A DNA stretch of 62,623 nt, filler included, from Sphacelaria rigidula (lineage: Eukaryota): assembly GCA_964200075.2 (NCBI GenBank). It is 10 parts of 10 records of this genome, joined end to end, with 100 filler letters (N's around TTAATTAATTAA, not from the genome) between each part and the next. Parts side by side here need not be neighbours in the genome. Positions count along the whole stretch, not along the records: positions 1 to 6,173 come from CAXNAA020021748.1; positions 6,274 to 12,446 come from CAXNAA020021749.1; positions 12,547 to 18,719 come from CAXNAA020021750.1; 7 more parts are not named here. One strand, written 5' to 3'. This document shows positions 1 through 12,656 of this stretch, piece after piece. Both the position numbers and the translations under genes were made by a program. The notes below the pieces were generated by a model. The model searched no databases. It saw only the letters and a program-made list of their open reading frames with translations, and was not told where the DNA came from. Within the stretch, counting starts at the first letter, position 1. The number at the start of each line of letters is the position of its first letter.

Positions 1-3000
1 GGGGGTCCGCCCCTACAAAGCCGGGACGGAGCACGCCGGGTTCTCGCCGGACCAGGCTAAAAGGCGGGGGGGCGAGAATGGCTAGGGAAGATGGTACAGA
101 AGAAGAGCAACTCACGGCCTTTCGGATATAATATTTTCGGCAGCGGGAGGAGAGCTGACTTTTGTGTGCGTTGCCATGTCATCTGTTGCGCACGCTCGTA
201 TTCGACTCTTGGACGTTTCTACCGTTTTGTTAATCAGACCTAGGCTCGGTACGTCCATTGTTACAATCTTCAGCAAGGTGTTGTGCCCCTCCCCCCGCCT
301 CCCCGTTTTGCAGTAGATTTCGATGTTGCCCACCACCCACAAGTCAAGTAACGGCTGACACCGGAGGGGGGCAGTAAATTTTGCTCAAAACGTTCGCGAA
401 GTTTCATGGTCAGGCCACTGTATCTGTGTCTGCAACCATAGTACGAGCTCTACTATTATTTTCACTATCATTTTCGCACATTAGTCCGATCTCTCGAACC
501 CTTGGTCACAGACGTAGGCTCGTCTTTCCAATACCGTCCCTGCCATTCCTCACAAGACATGGAGTCCTCAATCATTTCTTTTGAGACTCCAGCCTAATGA
601 CAAGAACGAACGCAATTAACTGAAATATCACCAAAATGAGAAAAATAAGTGAGACGCCGAGAAAAATATTATAAGTAGCTTCCCCGAGTTTAACGGGGTG
701 AAAAAAAAAAAACTAAAAACTTCACGACCAGGTCAAAATATGCCCCCCCCCCCCCCCCGCCCCACACCCCCCCCCCCCAGCAAGNNNNNNNNNNGGGGAA
801 AAAAAAAAAAAAAAAAAAAACCCCCCCACCGCCCAAAAAACCCCCCCCCCCCCCCCCCCCTCTTGTTTTCTCGCGTACGCCCACTCACCGTTGCCCAGAT
901 CGCCAAAAAAATGTTGAAAAATGGCTTCCAAGACGTTAACCACGAACACGTGATCGACAGACCAGCAGATCCAGCGCTGCCCGTCAACCAATCCCATTCG
1001 CCCACGACGCTGCCGCTACTGCCATCTTTTTCGTCGACCTCGCCCCGGCTGTCGCCAACAACCGAGCCAGTTGCTGCGAATCGAAATACAGTTGTTGAAG
1101 CACGCGCGCGGAGTAACCTAAAACACGCGGGGGTCTCCAGTGTGTGTGTGTGTGTGTGTGTGTGTGACAGCAGGCATACTCCTTCGTTGTGTGCCTTAGT
1201 CGGTTGATCATTGACCACGCAGCCATTTCGAGACAGAGCAGGCGTGTGTGAGGGGGGTTCTCTACTGGGGCAAATTTTGTATAAATACAAGGTTCCCCTT
1301 TGGGAGGTTGATACTGGCCTCCCAGGGGTGACGCAAGTCGAAAATATACCAGTGATATTCCTTTTTCATATTATGGAGGCAATTGTGTGGGAGAATACGT
1401 CCCTTCCAGTAGATACTCGTACTGTCACATCTCGCGGTTTCGAATGTCTCCGACCAAGAGTGGTGGAAAGAGCGGTGGACACTTCCAGCATGAAGAGCTC
1501 GCTTCGCGGGCGGTGTGCGGAGGTGGAAAAAACACCATCACGCACGAGACCCGTCACAGCGCACATCGCACACATCGCAAGTGATTGCTACTAAAATAGG
1601 ATCGCGTCCCGGTGGAACACGGCGAACTTGTGCAGGGTTCTCTAAATGCCGGCCCGACCCCGCGCGCACGAATTTCAAATCAGACTTGTATACAGTATAT
1701 ATGTATGATATTGCTTGCTGTCTGTGTTTACGTGGTGCACCACCCCTCGCCCTGCCACATCTGGTACAGCGATCGGTGTTGCAGCTAAGCGTGCATTTGC
1801 CCTAGGTGGCGCACGCAAGAGTAATAGGCCGCCTCTGCCGCCATAATTCCTGCCTGTATCTTGAGCGGATGGTAACACAGCCGCTATGGCGCGCAGGCCG
1901 GCTGTGACAATTCATACCGCGTGGAGATTTCTACTCTGTCCTGAAGTCATACTGCGTACAGTTCCCACTTTTGTACGAGTATTGTGCACGTCGCAGAAGG
2001 CAATAGCTTCTATTGTGTGCACAGCACATGCTTTTAAATCGTGTCTAGGGTGCAATACATTTCCATACATATCAGGCGGTGAGATCGTGAAATAATCAAC
2101 TGACCCACAGCACATGGCCAAAGTGGAAGTGAGGCAGTCACCGAAATATTCGCGTGCAAACCCTGTGCGGCCGTACTCTAAGTTGTTAACGCTAGAAGAA
2201 CACCAGTGCAACGACCATTTCGGCTGCCGGCCTGTGCACGGCCGTCCCGGTGGTGTTGGGACTGTCTATACAGGGATGTCGCCTCCAGTGCTAGGTACGC
2301 CGGCAAGGGTCCGCAGCACTACCCACTGGTCGCGCGACAGGAGTTCAATCTTCGACTGTCAAGATTTTTCAAGCGGAAATGTTCAGCTCCCAACCCTCAC
2401 ATATATAGCGGACCATGAATGATACTTATTTGCTAGATTTCTTCGAGCGTTCGTCCATAACTGGGCGAAGATTGATGATGAGGCCGGCAGGATCCGTCGC
2501 AGCCTGCGTGATCAACTATCACTGTACCCACTCTATCTTGCCGTCATCAGACAGCAGGGTGTTGAAAAAACAAAATGCCACACACCGTGGGTATCCACCG
2601 TATCAATGCACACCGGGCCATCAGCGACTTCCCCTGCTGCAGCTGTGACTGTGACCCATTCCTCTAATATCAATCTACACATTCTTCAGTGTTCTTCACC
2701 ATGCTTTTTTGTGGATTGTTACGTTCGCATAATTGGGGCACATATCACGCAGATATGACCGTGTTACAGGCTTCACGTTAAAACTAATTGATAAGGGATC
2801 TCAGATCATTCGACTTGTGTTTGCTGCTGACCAAGTCAACGCGATGTCCAGCTGTTTTCAACTGCATTGCTCTCATGGTCTCGTGACATTCGCTGCATAA
2901 CCACTGCCTTCGTGTTCCCAAATAATCGAGAACGCAAAGAAAATCACGGTAAAAAAATACCCCGCCATGGGCGGGCTTTTGTGGCTCTTGTTTGAAGTTT

Positions 3001-4466
3001 TCGACGATCTTGGAAAGGCTTTCGTGGTTCGGGATCGACACCGCGCGAAAAAGAGCCAGTGTGGGCGACTTTCGATGGCAAGAACACGCGCCACAGGTAT
3101 CAGATGACACCCAAACCTGAACGGTAATGTACCGCTGACCCTCCTTCGTGCACTGCAAAAGAAAGCGCGGGCTAAGATGCCTTGCAGCCAGAGAACACTC
3201 GGCGAAAGTGGTGAAACATGCGAAATGATACATGGACATATATATATATATATATATATGGTTATGAGCCGTTCATGTACAGGGTGGTTCGCCCACGAAA
3301 AATGAGAACTATTCGACGGAACACCTTCAACACTTAAAACGAGGATCGTTGGCTTTCAACGCACCCACTCGATGGAGAATGGCACACCGACCACAACCCG
3401 TTGGCCACATGTGGCCAACGACTTCTTGCTCCATGCGGGGCAAATAACTGTACGTTTGAGCCCCAAAGGAGCCGTTCCGGTTCGATTTTCACCGAAGCGA
3501 CCATCTTTCCAAGTTGTGAAACCGTGCGCACCCCCACGTAACACACTAGAGTCGTGGGCGGTCCAACTATTCATTTTGAGGCATTTTGTGATTTCTTCGT
3601 AATTGGCGATTTTCTTGGGCTCTTTTTGCTTGCCACCGCATATCACATTGGGGATCTGAAGATACTTGTATCCGCTCCATACTTCGAGAAAACAAAAGTC
3701 ATCTGTACTCAATATTAGGTGAGGTACGGGCTGACCGGTGATCGGAGGTCCTGCCACGTTTCAGCCCAGATTCTTACTCGGTATTTTCGGTCGATCGAGC
3801 CCGTCCCGATTAAATTTCTAAAAAATGTACAGTTTATTCTTCTGAAATTCTGTCTACTCATTGCACTAGAACCGAAAAACGGTGTTTCACGGTCAATAAC
3901 ACCCTCCTGATGAACAGGGAACTTACCCGTTTCGCCCGATAACACCAACTAGCACTGACTTGGGTACTGTGTTTTGAGAATGATCTCTTTATTGTACCAA
4001 AATCTACCGACGCTAGCAATTTCCAGTTCTATCGAAGAGTAGTACGCGAGGAAAACCCCAATGCCCCGCTATATAGTTAGACCGCCCACACACATTCGCA
4101 CACGATAGGAGTACTGCAGGCTGCAGCGCGCACATGACGTTTTTCTGCCTTTTTCCTATTTCGTTCCGAAGAAGCATTCGACTGTTGGCTTGATAATGGG
4201 CACACGTGCCCGTAGAGGGGATGCCGAGGTGGTATGCCCACTTGGACATGTAATTGATCGGAGTCTTCGTCTCCGGGGTATTCGGCCTCGAGAGAGCGCC
4301 ACGATATGCAATATCGTCATATTTAGTAGAATCATGTAGATATCCGCACTACTACATCGGGGCACTTTTTGATCAACACCCCTTCCAACACTCCTGGATG
4401 TTGGCGTTTTCCACGTGAATTTTGATCGACCGCGGGGTGCGTTACACAGTGACCTACAGTTCTTAC

Positions 4467-4601
4467 CCCGTGTACACCAATCGTGTCCGTCATTCGCGTG
4501 GGTGCCCTCCCTCCACCAGATGATGATGCCAACAACAGTGGGGAAAACCAGGGCCAACGTGTAAAACTTAAGCCACGCGTAGTAGTAGGCGATCTTCGTT
4601 C
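4467..4601 (-). CDS. Internal exon of an anoctamin/TMEM16-family (Ca-activated channel/scramblase) gene
   Basis: Splice sites cacag|GAACG...CGGG|gtaag. Translates (G)TKIAYYYAWLKFYTLALVFPTVVGIIIWWREG, matching the anoctamin TM1 signature GEKIALYFAWLGFYT. Only one exon was identified. Confidence 0.7.
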
Positions 4602-5939
4602 CTGTGGTGTTTAGCCAACCGCGCAAAACATGCCAAAATGATGTGTAATGGGTCACCGCCGGGGACAGCAAGGGGTATGGGGGAGGGGGGGACACAAGCG
4701 GGAAGCATGAGCACTCACATCTTTTTCTCTATTGCTGAACGTCGGCGGGTCTCTGACGCTCGTGAAAATAGCAACCGCAACATATCGGGGTGAATATACT
4801 GGAACGTATGCAGTAGTGCACGTATCAAATGGGACAACGGACGCCGACATGACACAAGGCACCACGTCGCCAGTTTCAAGAGGAAGCACTGTAGGGTAGG
4901 TAGTGCACTGTCGGCTGTGACGGGAAAAAGGTAACTCTTACGTGCACTGAAATACGCGCGTGCCGCGGAGAAACGCTGTCGCCGTTTCTACCTAAAAACC
5001 AAAGTTTACAGGTCGGCAGCTAGAGTACCCACAAGCTGTTGTTTCAAGATCCGACCTCCGAACTTGACGGCAATGTGAATCCTTTGAACCCCCACGATCT
5101 CCGTTTCGACATTTTGTCCGCCGATAGTTCAGCGAGTGCTCGGGGCATGGTTTTCGTAGGCGCGGATGAACGCTGATGTAACACGGGCCATCATCAGGGG
5201 TGATGCAATAGTAGAGGTTCAATCAACGGGCACGCAGCCACATTTTGGCCGGTGATGAGGGATTTTACGCTGTCTTGGTCCATGCCACCATTCTGCCGTG
5301 TGTGCCAACACCCTCGTACGTGCCTGGCCACGTATACAGCTGGCGTAATCACTGCCACGCTGTTTTGTCGCACTTCGACGGCAATGTGCTGACGGTCGTG
5401 ACGTATTCATGAAAATAATAACGACACGTGGCCCATGCATGACAACCCCTTTTCCCATGGAGGCGTTGGCTTGACACCAATAACGACTAATTCCCAGCAC
5501 CACGAAACGTCCGTCTGTCCAGCGTCCAACTAGGAATATAGGCGGCAACACGTGTACGTTCAGCTGAGAGCATGTACATGACAGACCACGCAGTATGTTC
5601 GGCGGGTTACGAAAAAAGCTACGCCGATCTCTCGCGTGCATTCAGGGTGACCCCAACCCAACAGATCCAACTGTAGGCACTCACGACTGTGAACTGTGTG
5701 CTTTCGGGTCGACATCAAATCCAACGATTCTTATGCAATCCACTCGCAGTGCATTTGGTTCAGCACGGTGGCCACAGACAACACTACTTCAGCTGTATTA
5801 GCACGTGTCTTTGCCATCGCCATGCTATGTTGAAGTAGAGACCCAGAGTAACGACATACTCGGTTTAAGCATGCACGCGAGCGACCCCGAAATTCGTGGG
5901 CTAACACGCCCAGCTCAAGCGTGCCAGTTAATCGGATGC

Positions 5940-6110
5940 TTGATACCTTGTTTCGCTACGACTGATCCGCAATGAGCCCAGCTACGGTGGTCCCACCGTA
6001 CAGGTATCCGAGGTTAACGAAGGGAGAAAAGTCGGCCCAAACGAAACTCGAGCACAGAAGGAAACAAACAGAACAGCAGTTACAGTGAAAAAAAAAAAAC
6101 AGAAACACAC
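5940..6110 (-). mobile_element. Probable 3' end of a non-LTR retrotransposon or related dispersed repeat
   Basis: The minus strand reads ...GGTGGGACCACCGTAGCTGGGCTCATTGCGGATCAGTCG...AAGGTATCAA after a T-rich UTR-like tract. It was recognised by resemblance only. Confidence 0.35.
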
Positions 6111-6173
6111 ATGCGTGCAAGCCAATGAAAACGTCAGCAACCCCCCACAGCACCCCCCCCCCCCCCCCCGCCG

Positions 6174-6273
6174 NNNNNNNNNNNNNNNNNNNNNNNNNNN
6201 NNNNNNNNNNNNNNNNNTTAATTAATTAANNNNNNNNNNNNNNNNNNNNNNNNNNNNNNNNNNNNNNNNNNNN
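6174..6273. other. Artificial scaffold linker N44-TTAATTAATTAA-N44. Identical linkers at 12447-12546, 18720-18819, 24992-25091, 31264-31363, 37536-37635, 43808-43907, 50080-50179 and 56352-56451.
   Basis: Nine identical 100-bp spacers contain a six-frame stop linker. The intervening segments are 6173, 6173, 6173 and then 6172 bp each, i.e. size-sorted unplaced scaffolds. Confidence 0.98.
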
Positions 6274-6318
6274 AGAGGAAGAAAGACGTTGAAGTCATAC
6301 GTTTTGGTACATTGGACC

Positions 6319-6805
6319 CGGCCTCCGATACTCTACTCAAGTTTTGAGTAGATCGAGTTCGGCCTCAAGTACCCTACTCAAAGTTCGAGTACGAAGAGTA
6401 CGGCCCCAAACACTCTACTCAAATTTTGAGTACGTCGAGTACGACCTCAAATACTCTACTCAAACTTAGAGTAGGTCGAGTATGGTCTCAAATAGTCTAC
6501 TCAAATTTTGAGTACGTTGAGTACGGCCTCCAATACTCTACTCGAATTTCCAGTAGATCGAGTACGGCCTCCAATACTCTACTCAAATATTGAGTAAGTA
6601 CTCTCAGTAATACTTGAGTATAGAGTATCGCTTGAGTATGACCTCAATAATCTACTCAAATTTTAAGTAAGTTGAGTACGGCCTCAAATACTCTACTCAA
6701 ATTTTGAGTACGTTGAGTATGATAATAAATACTCTACTCAAACTTCGAGTACTAAAAGTATGACTTTTCAAAAATACTGAGTATTGAGTATACTCTACTC
6801 GACCT
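6319..6805. repeat. Tandem array of about 10-11 degenerate 41-bp units with an internal palindrome
   Basis: Consensus cggcctcaaatactctactcaaattttgagtacgtcgagta. The core TACTCAAA-T-TTTGAGTA is self-complementary. There are no unique spacers. Confidence 0.9.
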
Positions 6806-6925
6806 ACCCTTGCAAGAGTATGTAACCGTAGAAATGGAGCAAATTTTGTACCGTTTGAAAATACAATTCAGACTCGTCTCGCAAGGGCATGGACAGTAAA
6901 CTCGGGCACTTGAATACTAACTCAC

Positions 6926-8446
6926 CGTCAAGTACATGTCGACCCTCGTGGTTGTCAGACGGACAGTCCCTTGAACGGCGGTTGCCTCTGCTTCTGAGCG
7001 CTCGATCTCGCCATCGATAGCAAATTGTCTCACCATGCTCCCGAAACGCCGGTGCAGGAAACCCCTGGCAACGCGGTTGAGCCCTACCGCACGCGAAGCA
7101 AAGCAGCGCAAAACATAAGGGATAAGAGGGTGTCAATACCGTCTTCTTGCCGAGACACTCTCCTTCCTCCTAGTATGTCCTGTGCCTACTCCTCAAAGGG
7201 CAAGGGTACAAGCACAGCCGCGTGCGATTGAGCACACAGAGCAGTTTCTGGACAATTTGGCACCGTGCGCTAGAGGCGACATCATTTCGAAACTACCCTT
7301 GACAACCCCGTCCCACGCGCACACGCTTAGCGATTAATTTCTTTCCATCTGGAAGTAGAATGCCTATCAGTCCCAAATCTAATGTTCAGAGATGCGTCAA
7401 TGCACCAACCATCGGGAACGAGTGCTGCGCTGTGAAGCACCTCAGCCCTCTTTCTCTTACTCCCCGCTCTTCTGTCTCGGTAACTGCGCGCAGGCTTCCC
7501 TTTCCCTCTGTTTTCACTGCCTGTCCTTCTCTCCTTGTCTGAATGAATATATTTGGCTCGATATTTCTCCATCCCTAATACCTCTCGCCCTTACTCTTAC
7601 TCTAGCGTCCCTCTCACCGCGTGCGGCATGCCAGGCTCTGTCGTGGATCTTGCTGATCGCGGTGGCACGGACATTCCGAACACAAAAGCCGCGTTGTAGA
7701 GCTTGCAGAAGCGTCGTCGCAGCCTCCTCGATACGCATTTGTCGAACTTTCAATATCCCCAGACACATGCGGACCTGTGTTGTTAGAGACAAATTTTCAC
7801 GGTGCTTTAACCAAGGTGGACTCGGGTGTGCACGGATCACGACGTGCAAGTTGTGATAGGTGTATAACCCTACCAAAATAGCGAAGCTCATTTTCACAAG
7901 CAATGTTACAATTGCACCGAGCGCTTTCTCATACGTTCTCTTTTTCCTAGCAAAAACGCCCTTACCTCCAACCCATTCCATGCGGTCAATCTTGGAAATA
8001 TGCATAATGCGTTAGACTCCATACCCTGCCGTGCGACTCACCGAGGATTGGACTTTAATTGTGGCCGCAAGAACCATCAACAGCCGATCGTAGTCACGTT
8101 TACCCAGGATTCCGCGCCATTTAGACTGGATCTTAGTCGCCTCCCCATCCCGCCTTGCCATGAATCTTCGCCAGCCGCGGGCAATGTAGCACATCGCTAC
8201 GTCCATCCGCCGACGGTCTCGGCGAGCATCGGCGCGGGTGAGGTGGCCGCGAAACACGGCAGCCACGATTGCTTGAGCTGTGATTCGCCTGCTCTCCCGA
8301 AACAAACGGATGCAGCACGCGCGATTGAGGGGGGGGGGGGGGGGGGGGTATTTTGCAAGGGCGCGGGGTGGGNNNNNNNNNNCGCCCCCCAACCCCCCCG
8401 CGCGCTGTGGGGGTGGTCTGCCCCCCCCCCCCCCCAAAAACGAGGG

Positions 8447-8482
<36 letters not shown>

Positions 8483-11400
8483 GATATATCGCACAGGCGC
8501 AGTGTGGGTATCTGACCGCTCAAGGGTAGCTAGGTCTTGTCATTCTGTTCGACCTTTTTTTTACCTGTCCCTTTTTTTCTCAGAGCGTGTTTCAGTTTCG
8601 TTTTTCTTGGGTACGTCTATCACGAGACCACGGCTGGATCCCTGGGGGTCAGTTAAAGTGCGACAATTAATCAATCAATCAATCAAAAGTCTACTTGGAT
8701 ACAGGTGAGACACTTTCTACGATAGCCCCTCCCGCAAACCAGCCCAAAAGTGTCACGAAACAAATTGCCATACAGCGCCTGATGTTTGGGTTCAGGCTGC
8801 ATGAAGCGCCTCATTTTGGCGACATTGGCTAGAACGAACACAAGCGCGAAAATGCCCAGCTGCTCGCTGTGCTCGGCTTTTCCCATTTCGACTTACGTGA
8901 AGATTTTGCTTCCCAAAACCATGCACTTTTGAGGGGGGGGGCTATCGTAGAAAGTGTCGTGAATTCAGCACTCACATCGGGTCAACCGTTGAACATAAGG
9001 CCATTTCAACCCTACAGCTGTCGAGACACTGACCCAATTTGTAAACATACAAATATAGTAGAACCAGCAGGGTGTATATGGCAGCGTTTGATTAGTCCGC
9101 ACGTTGACTGCGTTCAAGTTTCTGGTCCATTCTACATTATTGTCAGTTTTTGCCTGCTATACATCATGATGAACCACTGGCCGCGTCGGCGGACGTGCCG
9201 AGTTGACATTGTACTCCGCCAGTTGTAGGCTGTCGACACACCACATTTTCCCAGACGGCAACAGTGGCTGGACGCCGCGATATGGGGAACTTTGAAGAGA
9301 ACCACAGGAAGAGGTGACATATGTGACTCTAAGTACTGTGCTGCGTATCAGCATCGATCGTGAACGAGTGTGTGCGGGTGGTGATTGTTTTTGCCGATTA
9401 AGTTTTACTTGTCGAAAATTCGTGAACCCCGACAATCAAGAATTCTACTGACACCTTCCACTGCTACAGTGTCGACGGCAACCGATCAGGCAACACGGCG
9501 AAAAAACACCCGATGTACTGTGCTGTACATCAACTCACCTCAGGAAGTGGCGTCGATAGGTACGCTCGATGCAAGATGCAAGAAAATGCGCTCTCGCCGA
9601 GTACGGAAACAGCTCGCCTCCTTTCCCTCCACCCGGTTTCTCTATGTTCACCCACCCCGTGTCACCATCACGACCACCAGAACTCTCCCGCATCGGAAAC
9701 CCGAGTGCACCAGAAGCCTTCAAACCACTTTCGGGTACCGCAACCTCCCCTGGGCAATCGTCCCGGCATCCGGTCAACTCCGAGCATGCTTGTGCGTAGA
9801 GTCTAACCGCCTCATCTCGATCCCCACGAGCCTCCATCACCTTAGCGACCCTACCGAGCCACACTGCATGGGGAAAGTCTGCAGTAACCCCGTTTTCCAT
9901 AGTTGCTGTCAGCGAAACGCCACCCCTTTGAGCTACCACGGCGCGTGAGGGTCCTTGACGCCCTTTCGGTGGCGGTTCGAGGGGCATACTTTCGGCAATG
10001 ATCGTGCGTCCGTTGCTTTTGTCTGCTCTTGGGTGTTGTTGGTGATCCTGTTCTCCGCCGGCGCCTTCGTTGTTGTTCTGTTTCTTTACGTCATCCTCCG
10101 TTCCAACCTCCGCTTGCGCGCTTCCGGAAAACATTCGTCGTGATTCCTGGTGTAGCTATGTCGAGCGACGCGATCAGGTGCAGTATAGTGTCGGGTCAAC
10201 GTACGGAGCATGATTGTTGGTCAACTTCAGTCAGCCAGTCTCATTTCTTTGTTTTTTTTTACTAATTGCTTCAAAGGGAAGAACGTGGGTACGTTCAGCT
10301 GGTTGTGACCTCTAAACTACGCGTAACCCTTCCAGTAACGTTTCAGGGTATCATGTGAGTAGACACGAAAGGACCCTGATCTCACGGCATATACACCAGG
10401 ATGGATCGTGGGTTTTCCGACACGAGATTGGGAGAACATGCCGGGGTAGCATTAAACCTGTAAGTTGTGAAGTACGTGATGCTTCGACCGCGGGTGCTAC
10501 AAAAGTCGTAGCCTCCGGTTGATCCCACAGACCCCAGAATTATTTTGGAGTCCTCGCAACGTTGCATACAAGACAACGCTGGTCCAAAATCACATGGAAA
10601 AATGGGTGCCGAAGCCCGCGTCCACCCCTCATTTTCGTGCAATCCAGGTGTATAATCTGCTACGTTGGCTCTTCACAGCATGTATACGAATACATCAACC
10701 GCACCTGGGAGCCTTCTGGAGGCAAGTACGCAAGAACAGCATCTAGAGGTCTGGCCAGACGAGAGGCCACCGGGTCGTTCCACACACCCAGACCCAGGCG
10801 CGCTTCCAACAACCCAACGAAGTTGGCGGTCATGTCGCGAGATGGAGCAGCTGAGACGATCTCTTCGCCTCCTAACCCAAGCACGCTCTCCGAGCTGACG
10901 AGCCCCGAGTAGACACAACATGGGGAAAGGGCGATACGGGACGCATACCGTGCGACAATGTCATCGCCGCGGTCAGCAAACCTTGAGAAAGTCGCACTAC
11001 TAGTGCCTTGATGCGCCCAAACAATTGACCCCTCCGAGTGCGACGCGCGTGACACAAGCGAGACAGAGTTCATCGGCTGCGCTGGATCGCGGCAAAATGC
11101 TGGCAGGGCCCCCAGTGATGTCACTCGCATGCTGAAACTCTTCAGAATGCACGCACCGGTTTTACTGGTTTCATCATAAGAAGTGGTGAAGAGGTCAAGG
11201 AGAGATAGTCTCCACTGAGCAACACTGTGAGATCAGACATCTAGAGTGGCCCTACGGTAGGGGTGCACAAATACTTTTTGAGGGTTGAATTGCTAGGAAC
11301 CCTCTTTTTCATCCAAAAATCGACTTATGAAAAAATATGTGAGAGCACGCCACGATCAGCACTTCAAAAACGACTGGGGAAATCCCGAATTATTTCGAAA

Positions 11401-11887
11401 ACGGGAATGTCCTGAGCCATATTCTTGTGCAACCCCTAACTTTAGAAGCCCCTGAACGAGAAAAAATTGTGCCCAAATGTGCAACCCTACCGTAGGATGA
11501 CTCTCTAGATAAGAAATCACGAGCGATCTTGCTGATGGGGTTATGTCCTGACTTGTTTCTTATGGTGTATTTTGAAACTTTCAGGTGTTTCACCTGCCAT
11601 TGCCTCCGGCAGTCTCGGTCGTTCCATAGACACCGCTTGTTTCATGTGGATGGCGTTCCCTCCCTCCCGGGGATACGGCAGTCTTCTCAGAGCGTATACT
11701 TCGAGCATCTTCGCGAACGTCAGGGTTTTTCCTTCGCAAAAACGCGGCCAGACGGCGCCTTGAGAACTCGTCTTTTTGTGCATCTGCGGACGCGGTGACT
11801 CCACCCACCCCACTCCTCTGACGCTTGGAACTCGGGCGAGTCCGGGGCTGAGTAGGTGCTGGGCTGCCCGGCTTGTTAGGCTCATTA
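6926..11887 (-). CDS. Partial multi-exon gene for a protein with about 7 IQ-like calmodulin-binding motifs. Exons: ~11887-11594, 11131-10705, 10146-9539, 8288-8042, 7774-7618, 7083-6926.
   Basis: All five introns are GT...AG with compatible phases (2,0,2,0,1). The spliced protein contains CIERTYRRHFLRR, IVAAVFRGHLTR, YIARGWRRFMARR, KIQSKWRGILGKR, KVQSS|VRMCLG, LLQALQRGFCVR and GLNRVARGFLHRR. The acceptor of the first listed exon is uncertain. Confidence 0.8.
8530..8686 (+). mobile_element. LINE/SINE 3' end with an (AATC)n tail. Related ends at 52010-52200 (-), 53370-53620 (-) and 40560-40680 (+).
   Basis: The shared terminal motif ...GGGGGTCAGTTAAAGTGCGACAAT is followed by a tandem AATC or AAT(G/A)-type tail in four places on three scaffolds. 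Confidence 0.65.
8708..8930 (+). repeat. Dispersed repeat family copy, also at ~62198-62420, with a diverged piece at ~24405-24520
   Basis: Colinear match cactttctacgatag...aaaccagcccaaa...catacagcgcctgatg...cccagctgctc...ttttcccatttcga on separate scaffolds. Confidence 0.8.
11251..11496. mobile_element. MITE with 19-bp terminal inverted repeats, inside an intron of the IQ gene
   Basis: cctacggtaggggtgcaca ... tgtgcaaccctaccgtagg, with 1 mismatch. A related end lies at ~36329-36346. Confidence 0.7.
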
Positions 11888-11981
11888 CTTCCGGTAGTGG
11901 CAGCGAAAGCGTGCAATGGTTAGGGGAAAGGAGTTGCTGAGCTAAACGACTAGTGGCAGATACATACATGTACCCCTGGTA

Positions 11982-12235
11982 GCCCCGGTGGCTCAGATGG
12001 TAACCTTAAAAAACTTCTGACGGTTGGGGACGTGGGTTCGAATCTCGGTGAAGTCAAGCCATGTGGGATTTTTCTCATATCATGCCCAACAGTGGAGGGC
12101 GACTATGCCGTGAGTACACAAAGCCGACTTCACGGTCGAGGAGGGAACGGGGCTGCTGGAGCTGTCTCGCGATAAAAACAAGGCAAGTATCGCAGAAGGA
12201 GGGTGGAGTACTAAAATAATATCAAAACTAAGTAT
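11982..12235 (+). mobile_element. tRNA-derived SINE
   Basis: The head gccccggTGGCTCAGATGG carries an A box (11989-12000) and GGTTCGAATC is a B box (~12035-12044). There is no proper anticodon arm. The 3' end is A-rich and the flanks show an imperfect duplication (gtacccctg / gtatcccctg). Confidence 0.65.
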
Positions 12236-12656
12236 CCCCTGTGTGTGGTCTTCCTCCAGCGTGACTCCGACCGATGTGCACACACACACAGAAAGGTGTA
12301 GGCTGGCGTCCAGAGCAGATGGGATAACAACCCCCTCCGCTCCGTCTCGAAAGGGATGCGTGGTCAATGGTCAAATGACTAAGGCAAGCAACAAATGAGT
12401 ACGCAGAAACAAAAACAACCAACGGAAAAAACGAAGATCATGTAACNNNNNNNNNNNNNNNNNNNNNNNNNNNNNNNNNNNNNNNNNNNNTTAATTAATT
12501 AANNNNNNNNNNNNNNNNNNNNNNNNNNNNNNNNNNNNNNNNNNNNATTTTAATCCTCCGGGTTCTCATCCTCAATCAAAAGCACCATCCTCAACATAGA
12601 TGATTGGCTGTTTCCAGGCTGTGGCAGTGTCTTATTTCTTTTCGGATATATCTCAC

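Noticed and set aside
690..1290. Pro/Gly/Lys-rich ORFs here and at 8000-8700 and 28204-28732
   Set aside because: They are driven by homopolymer tracts around N gaps, i.e. low-quality sequence. Only the 8042-8288 and 28128-28382 parts are supported as exons.
6218..6229. Regularly spaced TTAATTAATTAA motif every ~6.27 kb as a biological signal
   Set aside because: It is a synthetic six-frame stop linker embedded in N runs.
6319..6805. CRISPR array
   Set aside because: The units are contiguous degenerate tandem copies without unique spacers. There are no cas genes and the context is a eukaryotic intron.
7327..7617. Frameshifted continuation of the IQ gene, or in-frame stop readthrough at 8012
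   Set aside because: Both are explained by ordinary introns with canonical donors at 8041 and 7617.
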